Positions 49,829 through 62,745 of a stretch of 64,000 nt of DNA are shown piece after piece (the stretch's first letter is position 1; the number at the start of each line of letters is the position of its first letter). The notes beneath the pieces are model-generated. The model did no database searches. It was not told the DNA's origin and saw only the letters and a program-made list of their open reading frames with translations. Source of the DNA: Octopus sinensis (lineage: Eukaryota); the NCBI RefSeq assembly GCF_006345805.1, contig NC_043002.1, positions 45,880,001 through 45,944,000 of the forward strand, given 5' to 3'. A program made the position numbers and the translations under genes.

Positions 49829-50059
49829 GTAAGTTTACGTGAAGTTTATTTATTTTTTTTAAAGTATTCATTTTATGTATTCAATAAATATAAAGTCTCA
49901 ATAACGTTATGCCATTCAAATTAAAAATAAACAGTATAGAAATTTCACGACAGTTGTATTGTTTTCAACTGTGTATCATATTATACGAATATTAATTATA
50001 ACGATATTTACTTAATACTTAAATGTACTTAAAGGTTTAACTATATTTCGAATATATAG

Positions 50060-50096
50060 AAGATGACGATTCGAAATAGGAATATTTCAAAGGAAG
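50060..50096 (+). CDS. Candidate alternative 5' exon ((K)MTIRNRNISKE-G)
   Basis: TAG acceptor (weak pyrimidine tract) and AAG|GTGATT donor; in frame through the 7-nt microexon to 56010. Confidence 0.3.
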
Positions 50097-51832
50097 GTGA
50101 TTGTACCTAAAACTTGTTTCTGCGATCCAGAAATATTTTGATATATTGTCACTGAATTGACTATTGTTTATTTAGATCAACACTTTTTTTGAATTCTAGT
50201 AATTATGTAAAAATAATAATAATAATAAGAAGAAGAAGATGGCTATAAATACTCTATTTTAGCGACGTGAAATCTTCAGTGCCTGATTTCAAATTTTTGG
50301 TTTTTCTTTGTCACGGACAGCATCGTAGTATTTTAGAAACGCATAGATTTCTCCTTGTTAATAACAAACTAACACAAACATCTTTCATTTCTTTAATACC
50401 TTTTTCTTGTACATTCGAATAAGATACCCATGTTTATGGCATAGTTTCGGTTGCGAAACTTCGCCATGTTGGCATTATAATACGAACATAAGATTTCCAG
50501 AGTTTCAGACCGATTTCTATAGGGTTTTGTGTACGCAGTAATAATCAATGAAATTCAATAGTATCCATGGTTCGGATTATCTTTGGTTCTGGCAGAATCG
50601 TAAGCGTTCTGGGCAAAATGCTTAGTGGCATTTCATCCGTGTTCACGAGTTCAATTTCCGTCGAGATTGACTTTGCCTTTCAGCATTTTGAGGTCGATAA
50701 CATAAATATTAGGGACGATGTTTATGACTCACTCCTCACTCTAAAATCGTTGACCTTGTGCCAAAATTTGAAACCATTATTGTTATTATTGGTTAATATT
50801 TCGAACTAAGTTAGAATTAGTTCTGTTGGCCGACGATTTTAGCCCCTGGCCGAACCCGAAACCCAAATCAGTGTTGCTTACAATAAATCATCAAATTTCA
50901 TTTACTGTACGCGAGTTGGCAGAATCGTTATAGCGTCGGAAAAACCTTGTTTATGGTATTTGTTCCGGTCTATTTATGTTTTGAGTTGAAATCTTTCCAT
51001 TCATTAACTTTACCTTTCATCTTTTCGAGGTCGATAAAATCAAGTACCAGTCAAATATTGTTGGTCGATGGTATCTAATAAATCCTTCCCTGGACCTTAA
51101 GTCTAAATAAAAAATCAAAATGAATTGGACTTCCAGTGTTAGTTTAGAAATATCTATGTATCAATTATCAAGTCCGGAATTCTCGAATATTATTATAGTC
51201 TTACACTATGCCTAAAAAGGAAAACAAAAAAAAACAAACATGAGATGGTTACGGCTTGAGTGTTTTTCGGGTACTTAATGCAGTTTCGCACCTCTCCTTG
51301 AAAAATGCATGAAATTTTTTTTTCGGATTCCTACGTTTTAGATGTCGGAGATTACGAATATGCCCTGCCAAATTTTTTTAGGTTCACCCCCACCCAATTT
51401 AAAATTTTAAATTTTGTTTACTTAAAAGAGATTGTAGCAAATTGACGAACATGTGCAAATCGAAATTAAATAAAGACAAAAACATTAAAGTGAAAAGAAT
51501 TTGCGTTTTACTTGTGTTTGCCTTAAATAATCGTAAATAATAATTGAATGTAAATTAAATATACACCATTTTATGAGAAACAAATATTAATGCTTAATAA
51601 TTAATGTTATAAAGTTTAATAAGAGGCTCAAATTTTACCCCCTCCCCCAATTTAAAATTTTGAACTTTTTCATCCATTTATTTATTTGTCTTTCTATTTA
51701 TCCCCATCCGTTTATTCATAAATATATTTGTCAACTAAATGCGGCGGTCCTATAGAAGACGGTGTTAATGTTGTTTTTAGCACCAGGAAGACATTCATAT
51801 CTATCTCTTTATACACACATCTATATGCTTAC

Positions 51833-52190
51833 TCTTTTACTTGTTTCAGTCATTTAACTGCGGCCATGCTGGAGCACCACCTTTAGTCGAGCAAATCGAC
51901 CCCAGAACTTATTCTTTGTAAGCCTAGTACTTATTCTATCGGTCTCTTTTGCAGAACCGCTAGGTTACGGGGACGTAAACACACCAGCATCGGTTGTCAA
52001 ACGATGTTGGAGGGACAAACACAAACTCACACACACACATATATATATATATGTATATATATATACATATATACGACGGGCTTCTTTCAGTTTCCGTCTT
52101 CCAAATCCACTCACAAGGCTTTGGTCGGCCCGAGGCTACAGTAGAAGACACTTGCCCAAGGTGCCACGCAGTGGGACTGAACCCAGAACT
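51833..52190 (-). mobile_element. Young SINE family 1 copy
   Basis: Close match to 26003-26409 (CTCTTTTACTTGTTTCAGTCATTT...GGGACTGAACCC). Confidence 0.9.
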
Positions 52191-52379
52191 CCTGCGCCTA
52201 TTGAATTTAAAATTTTGAAAACGTGGTTTCTTGCATATTCAGAATCTCCGTCATGTAAAATATAGGAAAATAAAAATTTCGAAAAAAGTTCAAAATTTCG
52301 AGGTTGCGCGGCATTAACAACAAATGGAACAGCTATACGAATCGTGCAATATTATTTGAGTCACTTTTTAGGTACTATA

Positions 52380-53510
52380 TCGACTAACCTGTTGTTTTTC
52401 GAAACAGGACATAACTACACAAATGTGCCCCATCGACTTCGTTTCTGAAAATGGATACCTTTTTGATAAAATTATCTTCAAATACATTTCAGATGGTGTA
52501 GATTACGGTTATATCGGAAATTGTTGCAAAAACTTTTTTGAAGAAGTCGGGGCGAAAAGAGTTTCGGATAATTCATACTGTTCGATTTTGTTTTCTCGTG
52601 TTTTGATGCTGTAGGTTATAAATATTGAAAACAAAGTACTTTTGAAGACCATTTCATCCTTTCCTTTCTGGAACTCGGTAAATGAATATTTTTTTTTAAA
52701 AAACATTTTGAAATTTTCCAGGCCTGGAAAATAATCAAACACCCACACCAACAAATTCATCGCTGATAATTTTTTGCAGTGTTCCCAATCAGGATGCCCA
52801 CTAAGTTGGATCTTCTCCGTTTTGACAGGGGTGGGGTCCTTTTTTTTACTACCGCCTACAAAATGATGGAGGAAGCTTTTTACGAAAAAAAATTTTGCGA
52901 AAAGTTATGATTTTTTGTCCCCTCCCCTCCCCACCCCATCTAAACCGATTTGGACCTATTTTTTTTCGCAATCCCTATTTCATTAAAAAAAAATAAAAAT
53001 AAAAAGATTTGAAAATATTTTCAGAAGGAAAAGCGTGTGATTTAATATTTTTTTTTGTTTTCAAGTCATACCGGTTTTTCTGGAAAATTTCATTCTATTA
53101 AAAAAATATCCATTTAACGAATTCCAGAAGGGAAAGGGTAGAATAATTCTTATAGGTATTTTTTTTTCGATATAATTCCAATCTATCAAAACGTATGAGG
53201 AAAAAAAAAAGTCGAGGTACCGCCGATATCCACCCCCTTGACATTTTTTTCTCAACAAATTCCAATATAATCATAATCTACACCATCTAAAAGCCATTTG
53301 TAGAAAATACGTATTTCCAGAAAATTATTAGGAAACAAAGTGAAGGCATGTGAATTATTCAAAACCACTCTCAATCCACTTCAACAAAAATTTTCACAAC
53401 AATTTCCAATGTAATTTTAATCTATGAAAAGTTTTTGTAGAAAATTTTATTAAAAAACATTAAATTTTTCAGAAAGCTATGAGGAAACAAAGTCAGAGTG
53501 GGGACATAAT
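52380..53510. repeat. ~1.1-kb foldback element with long diverged inverted arms
   Basis: 52400-52600 is inverted relative to 53270-53500, and 52655-52730 relative to 53080-53150; same modules as 48430-49200. Confidence 0.7.
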
Positions 53511-53622
53511 TGTGTAGTTACACCTGAAACTGAAACTATATAATTCGTCTGTTAAATATCTATTGGATTATGACATTAAAAAAATGCTTACATCTCACCG
53601 CTAATTCCTGTCTTTTATTCAG

Positions 53623-53629
53623 GATATGT
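53623..53629 (+). CDS. Candidate 7-nt microexon (GATATGT)
   Basis: Branch-point-like CTAAT (53601-53605), pyrimidine tract TCCTGTCTTTTATTC, AG at 53621-53622, then GTAAGT at 53630-53635. Confidence 0.5.
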
Positions 53630-53738
53630 GTAAGTTTATTGTTCGTGTAGTAAGCTACGAAATTCTTAGGGTTTCATATGGATTTGTAATATTCTGTTGG
53701 TAAAATTTTGCTTGACCTGTATTATGGATTGGTTAGAA

Positions 53739-53800
53739 CAATGGTTCCCAACCTGGGGTCCACAGACCCTTGGTGGTCCATGAACTAAATTCAAAATTTC

Positions 53801-53831
<31 letters not shown>

Positions 53832-53919
53832 TAAGGATTAGCATATTAAAAGGGGTCAGTGGGAAAACTCATTTAAATAAAAGGGTTGGGAGCCACTGTG
53901 AAAAGGTTGGGAACCGCTG
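53739..53919. mobile_element. hAT MITE with duplicated right end
   Basis: TIRs CAATGGTTCCCAACCT / AGGTTGGGAACCGCTG; identical TSD GGTTAGAA at 53731-53738 and 53920-53927; extra TIR-like copy at 53883-53898. Confidence 0.88.
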
Positions 53920-54789
53920 GGTTAGAACATATACAAAATGCCTTGTGGTGTTCATTCTTGCTCTTTATTTTCTGAGTTCAAAATTCCACAGATGTCAACT
54001 TTGCCTTTCATTCTTTTAGGAATATAATAAAGTACCAGTCATGTACTGGGAGTGGGTGGAGGGTGGAGGTGATGTAATTGATTAACCTCCTTCTCTAAAA
54101 TTGCTGGTCTTGTACCAAAATTTGGAACCATTATAAATTCCAACTTTGTGCTATGAGTTCAAATATCACCAAGACCATCTTTGCCTTTTTATCCTTTAAA
54201 AGTGGATAAAATAGGTACTAGTTGAGCTCTGTGGTTGATGTAATCAACTAGCACCTTGCCCCCAAATTTCAGGCCTTGTGCCTATCGTAGAAAGGATTAT
54301 TATTATTATTATTATTATATTATTATTATTATTATTATTGAGGTGGTGAGCTGGTAGAATTGTTAGTATGCCAGGCAACATGCTTAGCAGCATTTCATCT
54401 GTCCTTACATTCTGAGTTCAAATTATGCCATGGTTGACTTTGCCTTCATCCTTTCAGGGTTGATAAAATAAATATCAGTTGAGTACTGGGGTTGATGTAA
54501 TCGACTGACCCCTCCTCCCAAAATTTCAGGCCTTGTGCATATAGTAGAAAAGATTATTATCATGTTTTTTTCTTCTTTCAATTTTGTTCCTATTTTTTTT
54601 TTGCTGACTGTCTTCCAGAGACCTAGGACAAAGAAACTCACTGTATACATTGATAGGCCGTTAGAATAAACACACCAGATTGTTATTTACAAAGTTATGC
54701 GAATGAAAAAAAATGACATGGGTTGTAATCATTCTCACAGCGACAATACTCTTCTCAATATGTGTGATATACCAGTTAAAACAATCTTT

Positions 54790-55020
54790 CGCACTTATTG
54801 CATAGATGACAAGTTTATTGAGTGAAAATACCTAAAAGCTCTACGAGGCTCCAGCAGGGGGTGTTGGCGACCCCTGTTGTATTCTTTCACCACAACTTTC
54901 TCTCACTCTCTTCCTGTTTCTTGAGTAACACTGCGATGGACTGGCATCCCGTCCAGCTGGGGGGAACACATACACCACGGAAACCGGGCCCATGAGCCTT
55001 GCTAGGCTTGAAAAGGGCGA
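54790..55020 (+). mobile_element. 5'-truncated V-domain-like SINE (family 3)
   Basis: Similar to the reverse complement of 13361-13600; contains CTGCGATGGACTGGCATCCCGTCCAG. Confidence 0.8.
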
Positions 55021-56009
55021 AGAGGAAGAGATGTAGGAGAAGTAGAGGAAAGAAACAGCACATCTATGAGTGGTTTTAGCATATTAGTAAACGAGTTTTA
55101 CCAATCTGCCAAGTGTTTTTTTTTTTGCTTAAATGTGTGTAGCAACAATAAGACACTGAAGATTGGTAGCATAGAACTGGTAAATCTGTGACCAGTTCTA
55201 TGTATCAAAGGTTTTGGGTTGTTTGGAAGTAAATAATGTAAAGTTGACTGTTTAACCAGACAATCTGATAAGGATACAGACTCATGAGTTGTGGCTAACC
55301 ACTGTGCTCATTGATCCAGTGAGTAGCCCAGCTAGATATCAATGACTTCAAATGGGCATCTTGAAATCTTATACTCACTGGGAAAGGGACCAAGTCCTGA
55401 ACTGAAGAGAAAAAGCCTTTGGATTTTGTGCTAACTTATAAGGCTGCCTCTCAAGGCAAGGGGTCATTGGAGCAGTGTTTATAAAAAGACAACGTTATTC
55501 TTAAACTGCCTATTTTTAATGTTGTAACAATGGAATCTGTAAGGCTCCCATAGGTCAGAAAGTGGTTTTAAATCATGTTATGTATCAACTATTCCTTTTA
55601 ACAAAAAGAAAAAATGGTTATGGTGTTTTATTGAGGTACCAACCCTAAAGAACTTATTGTATAAATATAGAATTGCATCCATTCCCTGCTGGTCATTTAC
55701 ATCTCACACTGATTTAGTTCTTAGATGGATCCCTTTACTACAATGATAGATGGCACCTATGCTAACACTGCACAATGATCCTTATAGAAATCAGTTGACT
55801 GGTCACTGCTATCTATGGCAAAATATTCTTCCTCTTACAATGCTTGTAGAAAAATCACCCACTCCTACAACTGGACAGCTCTTATCTAGCACTGTAACTG
55901 TAAGACTATCATCTGAGATGTGAAAGATGTCTTCAAGCAGAATGCTCTCTCCTGACTGTCAAAATTTCAAATTTCTAGTTTTATTTCTTTAACATTTATC
56001 TTATTACAG

Positions 56010-56076
56010 AAAACGGATGGTTGCTAAAAGAGAATTTAAGTTTACTTCTCCTACTAAGAAAACATCTCCGAATAAG
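56010..56076 (+). CDS. Exon of uncharacterised Lys/Ser-rich protein (x-KRMVAKREFKFTSPTKKTSPNK)
   Basis: TTATTACAG acceptor and AAG|GTTTGT donor; phase 2 to 0; open and in frame with the next exon. Confidence 0.7.
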
Positions 56077-56547
56077 GTTTGTGAAATATTCTATATTTTT
56101 AATCAAAATTCATAACTATTAGTTATTTCAACCTTGACAACCTATCATCATCATCATGTCCATTTGTCTATGTTGCCATGAGTCAAATCTTATTTGGAAT
56201 TACTCCTCTTCTAGATGAGTTTGAGATCATGTTTTGCTCCTACATCACATTTTTTGGCATGGTTTCTACAATTGGCTGCCCTCAAGTTGCTAATCATTTT
56301 TAGAGTATATTGAGTGCATTTTATTGTCATAACATTCCAGTTAGTCTGTCTTGTGTCCAACAAAGCCAGAGATCTCTGTATCTATGTCATCTCTGTTCAT
56401 TCATTCCCTGGCACCAAACATTTTATCTTACTTTTGGCAACCCGAAAAGACTGAGAATCCTCTCTTTTCTCTGTTGTCCGCATTCATTCTTTCCCTTTTG
56501 CCTTCCCCCACTATAGGGTAGGAAGGGAGCCAGAGCAAGAAGGTGCT

Positions 56548-56596
<49 letters not shown>

Positions 56597-57252
56597 TGTG
56601 ATGCTTGTTGTAAGGAGATAGAATAGAAACAACATGGTTGAGTGAGTGAGTGATGGAAGAAGACCAGAACGAAACTGAGATTGGAGAAAGCCAGGGAAAT
56701 AGGAAGGAGAGGGTGATAAAAGAGAAAGTAACTGAGAAGTGAGTGAGAGTGATAAACAACAGAATGATGATTGTTGATAAACAGATTGAATGGCAACACC
56801 ATGAGTGACTGTGTAGTTGAGAAGTTCATTTTGCAACCCAATCATGTGATTTCAGATTCAGTCCTGCTGCATGGTACCTTAGGCAAGTGTCTTCTACTAT
56901 AGCCCTGGACCAACCAAAGCCTTGTGAGTGCATGGAAAGAACACTGTTGTATGTACACACACACACGTATGTAGGTACAAGCATGGCTGTGTGGTAATAA
57001 GTTTGCTTCCCAACCAAATGGCTCCTGGTTCAGTCCCACTGTGTGACACCTTGGGCAAGTGTCTTCTGCTATAGCCTCAGGCCAACCCAAAGCCTTGTAA
57101 GTAGATTTGGTAGAGGGAAATTGAAAGAAGTCTTTCATATGTGTGTTTGTGTCTGTGTTTGTCTCCCACCATTGTTTGACAACTGGTGTTGGTTGTTTAT
57201 ATCCCCATAACTTAGCAGTTCAGCAAAAAGAACTGGTAGAATAAGTACCAGG

Positions 57253-57297
<45 letters not shown>

Positions 57298-57299
57298 AT

Positions 57300-57495
57300 A
57301 TATCATCATCATCATCGCTTAACGTCCGCTTTCCATGCTAGCATGAGTTGGACGGTTTGACTGTGGGCTGGCGAACCAGATGGCTGCACCAAGCTCCAGC
57401 CATATATATATATATATATCATCATCATCATCATCATCGTTTAACATCCGTTCTCCATGCTAGCATGGGTTGGACGGTTCGACCGGGGATCTGGA
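57300..57495 (-). mobile_element. Two very short RTE 3' tails inserted in a SINE (TA)n tract
   Basis: CATCATCATC...TTAAC.TCCG.T.TCCATGCTAGCATG.GTTGGACGGTT occurs twice, separated by (TA)n; SINE family 1 sequence lies on both sides. Confidence 0.85.
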
Positions 57496-58166
57496 TATAC
57501 AAGTACTGGGGTTGATTCATTCGACTAAAAATTCTTCAAGGTGACGCTCCAGCATGACCGCATGAAACAAGTAAAAGATAATGAGATGTGTGTGTGTAAC
57601 ACGTATGTGTTTGTGTCTTTTTGTCCTGAAATTGCACAAAAGTTGTCAATGAATGTCATCATCATACACGTGGTGTTATTTCTTTGTACTCTTCTATGGA
57701 AACATGTGGTCCTTGTACTGCTTGTGTCTGTAGAGGTACATGATCCTTACAAGCATGGAAAAATAGGCATTAAAATGATGATAATGATGCATATGTATGA
57801 GTGATTGTGTGTGTGTGTGTGTACAAATTTGTGTCTATTTGTATATTTCATGCTTGTCGCCATTTGATTGAAGTGGCGCTGTTGACATTCCTAGCTGAAA
57901 TATTGAGTAGTTGCTGTGTGCTTTTGAAAACATATAGAATCTTTTGAAAAATAGGTAAGAGTTGGTGACAAGGAGAGGATCAAGCCTAAAATCTAAAATA
58001 CAACTCCATCTTAACCCATGCTTACAAAGGAAAAAAAACCCCAAAACAAACAAAAAATAGGTGTTAACTGAACAAAGGTACACCTTATCTTTGTATTCAA
58101 TGCACATCACATATAATTTTTTTTTTTAGTTTATATTTTCATCTCTCTTCATTTTTACTTTTTCAG

Positions 58167-58281
58167 AGAAAAGCACAAAATGTTGACCCAAAAGCAGAGA
58201 ACTCTGCACAGAAATCTAATGAGAATGTTTTTGACTTACCACCTCCAATTTGGGCTTCTAGCCCAAGAGACACGCCTTACG
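58167..58281 (+). CDS. Exon of uncharacterised Lys/Ser-rich protein (RKAQNVDPKAENSAQKSNENVFDLPPPIWASSPRDTPY-)
   Basis: Strong acceptor TTTTTACTTTTTCAG and G|GTAAAT donor; phase 0 to 1; joins in frame to 60025. Confidence 0.8.
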
Positions 58282-60024
58282 GTAAATGTAAATATTTTGT
58301 TTTGATATGTTGCTCTTTTTTTTCTTGGAATTTTTGTTTTGCATGTGAAATCAAAGACTAACATTTAAACCTGCCATATCCAGCCTAAATATGCTTCCTG
58401 TTTTAGGTTCTAACTAGCCAGATCCAGCCTATCACACCTACTGTTCAATGCCATTCTAAAAATATACAATCACATAATCAAAATTTCAAAGCTATGAGAT
58501 AATGCATGATTAATTAAAAACAATTTGAATGAAAAAAACGATTATTGCTAAGCCCCCAGTCAGTCTTGCTTGAACAGACCTATTATTAAGGGTGTTCCAT
58601 CCATGTCTCTCCCGACTACAGTAACCAATGTAGTCTTCTTTTTTTTTTTCTTTTTATGAGGGTAGTGTTTGATACAAGGGTCTACAGTTGCTGTTTCTTG
58701 CAGATTGAGTGATTACATAGATACTGACTTCATGGTTCATGATTTGATTGTATTGTCATGCAGGAACCAGTGTACATACGTGTATTCATGCATGTGTTTC
58801 TGAAGATATGAAATGCTACTGTTAAGATACTTGTATCAAGAAAATAATTTATCATTCTGTTCTAAAATAGTATATATTCTAAAGATATACTCACAAACAT
58901 GCAATAAACATACATTGCATTGTGATTCATTAAAGAGCCTCTCTGGAGTGTTTAACCTGTTAGAAAGACCAGCCAAATCTCCTTCAAATCTATCATTCTA
59001 TTGTTAACTAGCTTCTATTCTATAGAAAGGCACACAGATATGCTGTACATTTATGCACATAACATCCTTTGGAGTAAATAAGAGAGCTTCTCCGTGGTTG
59101 CTTTGTGTACTTGAAATAACAGCCAAATTTCCTTCAGATCATGCCCTTCAGTCTTAAATAAGGAATGATTCTATTAGATAATGTAGTTCTAGATACATCT
59201 AAAAATATATGAAAGTCATGGGTAGACACCTCAGGTCTCAGTTTGGGCTGACCTAAGATTAGGCCATATTTTATTTTGCTTTTTTTCCATCATCATAATT
59301 ATCATCACCATCATTTAATGTCCACTGTTTCATGTCACCAAACTTCACCTGTTTCCAAGCAAGGTAATATTTTTCCATGGCAGACATGTTTTTCATTGAA
59401 GACTGGAAATAAACAACCTCTTTTGTATGAAGGTGATGCTCATTTACAACCATGATGCAATATCAGAATTATAATAATAATAATAATAATAATAATTTGA
59501 TGTTTACTGAATGGTAGAGATGTGGACCTCACAAACTGCAGTGCAAGAAACACATCTAGGAGAGCAGTAACTTTGTATTAAAAAGAAACAAAACAAAACA
59601 AAAGCAGTTAGAAGGAACTTTCTAATCCTGCCTCAGCTAACCCATCTAATGCTGGTGGCATGATAAAATGTGCCCAGATTTTGTTGAGATCATCTAAGAC
59701 CCATCCAACCCAAGTCAGCATAGAGAAAAAAATGACAATTATGTTCAAATCTTCAGGGTTTTTTCTTTGTCTTTATTAGATATAGTCTTCCATATATTTA
59801 TGTCAGAAAAAAAGAAAAATCATTTTTACAGTCTTGTAAGTTATCCTGTACTGCTTGTAGACTTGTCAGTTGTTTTAATCAATTTTATATGAAACATTTT
59901 ATTAAATGTATATTAAATTATTTGAAAATGTTTTACAAATATTTAAAAATATTATTTTTGATTTTAAACTATTTACTTCTTTATTTTTCAAATGCTTATT
60001 TTAAATTTTATTTTTGTCTTTAAG

Positions 60025-61340
60025 CTAAATCAAAAGTGCAGAAAAAATACCTGGAGATTTCTTGCATTGAGCCTGTGTCAGTAAGAACAGCAAAGAATTT
60101 AAAACGCATTGAAGAATCACATTTTGCACCAATAGCTACACCAAAGCAAAACATTACCAAAAGCAGTGCAAAAATAAAAAGACCATTGCTGACAAAATGG
60201 AAACAAAATAAAACCACCTCTATTGCTAGTATTCATCATTTACAAAATTCTGGGAAGGAAGTTATCAAAAATAAAAATAGATCTAAGAATAGAATTGCAA
60301 AGTCATATCAAGAGACTAACATCAGTCATCACAGTAATAAATCACTCCACAAAGAGAATAAGTCAAAGCAATTGTCTAAAAAAGAGAAATTAAAAGTCTC
60401 GGATCAAACACTCACAGCTTCAAAAAGTCAGCAGGCAAAGATTCAATCAACAAGTTCTAGAAATACTCGCAGGTCCCCTTCAGTTCTTTCTGAACAAACT
60501 TCCGTACGAGATACTGTAAGTGAGAAAGGCAGTGTTAAAAGAAAATTACAAAAATCGAGAAGTTCTGAAGATTACTTATCTAATCCTCCCAAATCCAGTA
60601 AATTACAGACAAATAGAGAACAATCTGTAGAAGCTGCATATTCCCAATCTTCTAGTAATTACTCTAGAAGCACTAACAAAACAAAATCCAGTAAAGCTAA
60701 TAGCAAAAGACAGAAAAGTAATATTACTCCATCTCGTAATAATTCGGGTGCTAAACCCAAACAACAATCTGGTTCGAGGCTTGGTCAAAGAAGTCATAGC
60801 CTACCAAAAGATGATTCGTCTTCACCAAATGTTACTCGTACTAAACAATCTCCAAGTAAAAAGAAAATTTCATCTAGAGACTCTGAACACTCAACTGATC
60901 AGAAGAAAGTTAATGTTTCTAAAGGACAAAATGTTTCTGTTAGTCATGTTTCAAGAGAGTCTGCAAGTAAAAGCTCAAAGAAAAATTTATCACGCAAATC
61001 ATCCCTTACAGTATTTAATTTGAGTAGTGACGAAGAAGTGGAGAAGATAGTCAAGAAAAAAAACATTTCTAATATCCAAGGAAAGAAGCCTAAGAGAAGA
61101 TCTACAGAAAGCTCTGCATCTGGCAAGAAAAAATCTAATTCTAAAAATAAGATTTCTTCTAGTTCCCCGAAGAAGTCTAATCAATCAAAAGATCATTCCA
61201 GTAGTAAACTGAATCCTGGGAAATATGCTAATATTTTGTCATATCTTAGTACTCAAAATAAACAGCAGACATCAAATAGAACTGATAAAACATTTGAATC
61301 TATTGCTGCTGGTACCTCGCATGGACTACATGAACAAAAG
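60025..61340 (+). CDS. Large exon of uncharacterised Lys/Ser/Asn-rich low-complexity protein; gene continues beyond this exon
   Basis: ORF 60036-61385 is the only long non-repeat ORF (449 aa). Acceptor TTTTTGTCTTTAAG at 60024 gives in-frame A-K-S-K-V-Q; donor AAG|GTTAGT at 61341. Confidence 0.88.
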
Positions 61341-61444
61341 GTTAGTAACATATTCACTTATTGTTATCTACTCTGTCTCTTTTAGTATTTTTCTATCTGT
61401 TCTATTTAGTTATATTTTTTACCAGCTGTTGTATAAGGAAAGCC

Positions 61445-62460
61445 TTGTTTTATAGTTAAGAAAAAATAAAGTTTATGCAAAGCATATAGTATATATTTAA
61501 GGGAACATAAAGTTTATATATATTTAAGGGAACATAAAGCATATAGTATATAGTTAAGAGAACATAAGATTTATATGAAATGTATAGTATATAGTTAAGA
61601 GAACATAAGGTTTATATGAAGCACATAGTATATACTGTATATACTTATGAAAAAGTTGAATTTTTTAGACTATTTTTAAGGTCAAATTTATGGGGTTGAC
61701 TATTACATGAATACTACTTTTGAGGGGCTGAAATTCAAGTGAGAATCCAAGTTACTGTATCAGCAGCAGAAGCCCAACTGACCTCTAAGTGAATAAAGAC
61801 AAAAACATAATGAATTATAGTAATATTACCAATTCTATGCATCAAAACACGTGTCCTAGTAAAATATAAAGTTTTAGCAATTAATTGAATGTTTTTAGGG
61901 TTTCCAAAGTCATGCGTTTGTATGAATTCGGACAGTGGCATTTGCCAGTGTTTGCCAATAGTGCTGTCTGTGAAATACATTTCTTACCATGTAAACGAGT
62001 GTATGATTCATGTGTTTATTGTGCCTGAAGGTGTATGCAGGCTTGCAGCATATCCTGTGCATACATTTTAGTAATGGTGATGTAGCACCCATCAACAGAT
62101 GTGTAGTACTCACTATTAAATGGTGTTTTACTATAAGCTCTGAGCATTCCATTATAAGCACCAAGCATTCCACCTATAGAGCAGGCTACAGTAAGGTAGC
62201 CACACAATTTTGTAAGTGTTATTTCTATGTACAGGATAATACGGTACCTTGACCCACAAATGTTGTCCTGTTGTTTGTGAAATACTAGGGTCAACTTTTA
62301 TACTGGGTCTATGGAAAATTCTCAATTTTTTGGCCAAAAATAAGGAGGTTGACTTTTACATGAGATCGACTATTACTTGAGTATATATGGTAGTTAAGAG
62401 AACATAATGTTTGTATGAAGCATAGAGTGTATAGTTAAGAGAATATAAGGTTTATACTCT
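61445..62460. repeat. ~40-bp minisatellite (TATAGTTAAGAGAACATAAG.TTTATATGAAGCATAG) interrupted by a MITE
   Basis: About five units at 61445-61634 and two more at 62391-62460. Confidence 0.8.
61635..62390. mobile_element. pogo/Tigger-type non-autonomous element
   Basis: Diverged TIRs CTGTATATACTTATGAAAAAGTTGA / TCGACTATTACTTGAGTATATATGG; TA on both sides; the flanks rejoin a minisatellite unit. Confidence 0.72.
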
Positions 62461-62519
62461 ACTGTGGATTACAACAGTGAGATATTCAACACTTATTCTG
62501 TGACTTATGACTGCCGTCT

Positions 62520-62745
62520 CTAATGTTGGTTTCACATTTTGGCACAAGGCCAGCAAGTTTGGGGGAGGGTGCTAGTCAATTACATCATCCCCCAGTGATC
62601 AACTAGTACTTATTTTATCAACCCCGAAAGGATGAAAAGTAAAGTTGAACTCCAGTGGAATTTGAACTCAGAACATAAAGAGACAAATAAAATGCCGCTA
62701 AGCATTTTGCTTAGTGTGCAACGATTCTGCCAGTTCACTGTCTTC
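62520..62745 (-). mobile_element. SINE family 2 copy
   Basis: Reverse complement of the family at 49370-49599 (CCCCGAAAGGATGAAA...GCTAAGCATTT...AACGATTCTGCCAG). Confidence 0.85.
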
